Source of the DNA: Camelus ferus
Lineage: Eukaryota
Assembly: GCF_009834535.1 (NCBI RefSeq)
Contig: NC_045696.1
Coordinates: 30,816,001-30,880,000, forward strand
Direction: 5' to 3'
DNA: 64,000 nucleotides
Part shown: positions 62,390 through 64,000 of the stretch, piece after piece
Numbering within the stretch: the stretch's first letter is position 1
Layout of the letters: the number at the start of each line of letters is the position of its first letter
Notes under the pieces: generated by a model
Seen by the model: the letters and a program-made list of their open reading frames with translations, nothing else
The model's database searches: none
What the model was told of the DNA's origin: nothing
Translations under genes and position numbers: made by a program

Positions 62390-63249
62390 AGGGAGAAACT
62401 GAACAGGCAGGAAGAACAGCACTGGAGACCAAATAAGGCCAAGAACAATGTGACAAAGCCTTAGGAAGAAGGTCAGTCTCTCCTCTGAATAGAAGGAATA
62501 TCAGGTTAAGAAACTAAAGAAGAGGAACATTCAGAGGTCAGCAACATGTATATACCTGACAGATTGCTTCAAAAATAATTTATCAAGAAGGGTCTGAAAT
62601 GGTAAGTCCGCATATCACAGACATACATTTACTTTGTGTTACATTTGTGAATCCTATCTCCTTTGAATACTTTATGGGCTCTAAAAAGTATTGTCATAAT
62701 TTTAATAAAAATAGTTATTGCTTTTGGGGGAAACAAAGATTAGCATTCTCTAATTTTATATAGTACTCTAAGAAGTCTCACTGGGAGGTTATCACCCTCG
62801 ATTTCATAATGCCACCAGAGAGCAAGATTATATCAAATGCCATGATACTGCAGAGCACAAAATAATGAGAATGACCACATGATGGGAAAAGTTGAATGAA
62901 CGTGTTAGCACAAGCTGCATGTGGTGATAGTCAGAGAAGAGCCCAGTGGAGACCCTGCACAATCAGCCTAGATCCAGAGATGTTCTGATCTGAAGAATAA
63001 GGTAGGACACATGTTTAAAAACAAAGGGTGGAAATGGCACAGTTTTGGGGTTGACAGAGGTAGAGCAGGCAAATAGGACTTTAGAATTTGTTTGGGCAGA
63101 GGACAGAGATCTCTCTTAATATCCTTGAAAGAGGGTACCATTTAGGAAAAACAGATTCTTTATGAAGAATCAGGCTTAAGGTCGTAAGTGTGCACTGTAG
63201 TTGGGAATTTTAAAGAAGACAACACCCTGAGGAGATGCATGATACAAAC

Positions 63250-63650
63250 TGTTATGACTGAGTTGTACTCCTCCCTCCACTCCTTGGAAATTCATAGGTT
63301 GAAGCCCTAATCCCAAGCACAGTAGAATATCACTGTTTTCAGAGATAGACTTTAAAGAGGTAATTAAGTTACAATGAGGCTGTTAGATGTGCCCTGATTC
63401 AGTATGGTGCTGTCTTTATAAGAAGGGGAAATTTGGATACACAAAGGGACTCCAGTGATGCACGTGCACAAAGGAAAGACCATGTGAGGACACAGTGAGA
63501 AGACGGTCATCTACAAGTCAAAGAGCAACCAAACCTGCCAACACCTGATCTCAGACTCCTGACCTTCTGAATCGTGTGAAAATAAATTTCTGCTGTTTAA
63601 GTCACTCAGTCTGTGGTATTCTGTTACATCAGCCCAATCAAACTAAAATA
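63250..63650 (+). mobile_element. MLT1A0/MLT1B MaLR solo LTR
   Basis: TGTTATG start; TTTAAAGAGGTAATTAAGTT; CCATGTGAGGACACAGTGAGAAGACGG; AATAAATTTCTGCTGTTTAAG; perfect 5-bp TSD CAAAC (63245-63249 and 63651-63655). Confidence 0.92.
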
Positions 63651-64000
63651 CAAACTATTTCCCTAAGTTTGATGAATAGTCCAGATCTTTTTGTTGATAA
63701 TGATAGTAACGACAAAGCAATAATAATTACAAGAATGGTAAAAAGTCATAGAATTAGTAGTAAACTCAACGTTTGTTAATACCTGGTACTGTATGTATGT
63801 ATGTATATATATTACATCAACTACTGTTATATTCATTTTATGGACAAAGATTAAATAACTTCCCCAATGCCACGAAGTATTGGCAGAAGCAGTGACTATT
63901 ACTGATAAATTGTTTTCCTGAAATCTCATATTTTTCAAAAGATGATTTAGGCAGCATACAGATAACTCATTAATAACAGGTAACAGACTGGAAAGAAGAG

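Noticed and set aside
1..64000. CRISPR array, operon, prophage or other microbial system
   Set aside because: No regularly spaced direct repeats and no long ORFs; the content is a mammalian interspersed-repeat landscape

Overview
AT-rich, CpG-poor mammalian genomic DNA, not microbial. One tRNA-Ala-derived SINE of the camelid Vic-1 type and artiodactyl-style L1 3' ends point to a camelid (camel, llama or alpaca). Roughly two thirds of the window is decayed transposable elements: L1 LINEs of several ages (often nested), MaLR/ERVL/ERV1 LTR elements, L2, MIR, DNA transposons (MER20, MER2, MER5) and microsatellites. I found no intact protein-coding gene, RNA gene or CRISPR array. The ORF track is made of L1 ORF1/ORF2 fragments and chance ORFs. 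I cannot support a previously undescribed biological system here. The most interesting signals are records of retrotransposition. A full-length ancient L1MC with surviving target-site duplications (TSDs) hosts a compound insertion: an internally deleted L1 plus an L1MD-like tail, explained by either 3' transduction or serial reuse of one site. There is also a twin-priming inversion, an LTR-internal-LTR MaLR provirus split by a young L1, and an internal L1 fragment without poly(A). Beyond these, I note one CpG-retaining non-repeat island and a few unverified exon-like segments. Repeat subfamily names come from recalled consensus similarity, not a database search, and boundaries are approximate unless a TSD is quoted.
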